Shown: positions 44,286-45,122 of the stretch, piece after piece
Layout: the number at the start of each line of letters is the position of its first letter
Position numbering within the stretch: position 1 is the first letter of the stretch
Source: a virus
Virus genome (UHGV): UHGV-0415709
Direction: 5' to 3' (one strand)
DNA length: 45,122 nucleotides
Made by a program: the position numbers and the translations under genes
The notes under the pieces: generated by a model
Seen by the model: the letters and a program-made list of their open reading frames with translations, nothing else
What the model was told of the DNA's origin: nothing
The model's database searches: none

Positions 44286-44781
44286 CTCCAGCCGTTTTCT
44301 TGGCTTGCTTTATCCATGATTTACCGTCTGCTTGTTTGGCTGCATCAAACCATTTAGCCTGTGCCTTAGGATGCGCTGTTTTGGTATACTGTAAATCCTC
44401 TTTTGCTTTGGTTTTTCCTCCATATTGGCTTACTAATACCTTTTTAGTACCCTTTGTAGCCCAGGTACTACCAGTAACAGTGCTAACCATAGTTTTACCA
44501 TGGTATAAAAAACGACCAGCAGGGCCATATGCGGCATATACTTTTCCGCTCCCTTGTACTGCGGCGCTCGCTGCTCTGGTAACATCCACAAAATCGCCTG
44601 TGACCATCGGCATAAAAGGGACCATGCTATTCATGACATTTCCATCAAGATGATACTGCGCGCGCTGAAATTGCTTATCAAATCGAGATAAATTGAGCTT
44701 GATGTTGATATCACCATCAACAATAGAGAATCCTTTAAAATGTGTTATTTTACTTGCCATATTATTTCCCCAATATTTCAA
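44269..44781 (-). CDS. head-tail joining / tail completion-position protein (170 aa)
   Basis: Position; lysine-rich C-terminus. Confidence 0.35.
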   Translation of the reverse strand: MKYWGNNMASKITHFKGFSIVDGDINIKLNLSRFDKQFQRAQYHLDGNVMNSMVPFMPMVTGDFVDVTRAASAAVQGSGKVYAAYGPAGRFLYHGKTMVSTVTGSTWATKGTKKVLVSQYGGKTKAKEDLQYTKTAHPKAQAKWFDAAKQADGKSWIKQAKKTAGGGKRG

Positions 44782-45122
44782 AGTGAGGAATCACAGAGTA
44801 TGGACCTCCAACAGAAGATACCAAATATACGAAGTCGTACCAGTTGTTCATATAAGCATAAAACCCACCACGATAATCTTCATCATTGACCGGGCCGCTA
44901 TTCCATACCCCTTCCCAGAAAAAACAATCATCCGATGCTTCAAAAGTAATGGTATCGTCCAACAAGTCATTTACCTGTCTCCTCCACTCCTTTGGAGGAA
45001 GCCACGGCAATTCTTTACCGTCAGCATCACGGATTATTTGTTTACCATCCTGTAATTCATAAGCTATGTGTAATTCGGCATTATCCGTGCTATCCGGTCC
45101 ATACTTTTTTAGTATCGCGCCT
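44762..45122 (-). CDS. 3' part of a minus-strand structural gene running off the right edge
   Basis: Frame of ORF 44762..45010 stays open upstream to the window edge (…DADGKELPWLPPKEW…); track start is a TTG. Confidence 0.4.
   Translation of the reverse strand, partial: GAILKKYGPDSTDNAELHIAYELQDGKQIIRDADGKELPWLPPKEWRRQVNDLLDDTITFEASDDCFFWEGVWNSGPVNDEDYRGGFYAYMNNWYDFVYLVSSVGGPYSVIPHFEILGK

Noticed and set aside
1-45122. Window ends overlapping (complete circular genome in the window)
   Set aside because: First and last ~100 nt share no similarity and both edges cut through open reading frames, so the window is part of a longer sequence.

Overview
This window is a ~45 kb stretch of a temperate siphovirus-type phage or prophage. 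A lipobox lipoprotein, choline-binding-type repeats in the endolysin, YopX, DUF551, a Gp15/TP901-like tail module and ~43% GC point to a low-GC Gram-positive host, likely Clostridia/Lachnospiraceae-like. Almost everything is on the minus strand. Layout (window coordinates): 0.1-13.2 kb packaging and head genes (terS, terL, portal, MuF-like, [5.8 kb accessory island], scaffold, major capsid, connector). 13.2-29.0 kb early, replication and recombination genes (Cro-like, Rad52 SSAP, Hjc-like resolvase, replisome organizer with internal iteron origin, DnaC-like loader, LexA-like wHTH, PAPS-reductase-like, ASCH-like, DUF551, YopX, a second tyrosine recombinase, many zinc-ribbon mini-proteins). 29.2-33.1 kb plus-strand lysogeny module (CI-like repressor, ImmA-like, AT-rich cargo, lipoprotein, integrase). 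33.1-33.35 kb attP-like repeat region. 33.4-45.1 kb lysis and tail genes (M15 endolysin, fibre with S74 chaperone domain, tape measure, chaperones, major tail). Because head and tail modules sit at opposite ends on the same strand, the sequence is probably opened inside a circular or concatemeric phage genome; partial genes run off both edges. Most unusual features: (1) two ~91-nt tRNA-like elements in direct orientation sharing an identical 52-bp core and showing compensatory hairpin substitutions, bracketing a 2.9 kb cassette; (2) a 5.8 kb accessory island inside the head operon encoding Gly/Cys-rich, P/Q/Y-rich and BclA/C1q-like proteins plus a sigma-region-4-like mini-regulator and an AP2-domain unit; (3) a duplicated 57-aa gene missed by the ORF track; (4) a second tyrosine recombinase with an adjacent perfect palindrome; (5) a conserved TTAACATTT upstream motif; (6) an iteron origin inside the organizer gene. 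The ORF track uses alternative start codons, so several listed starts were re-evaluated from RBS positions.
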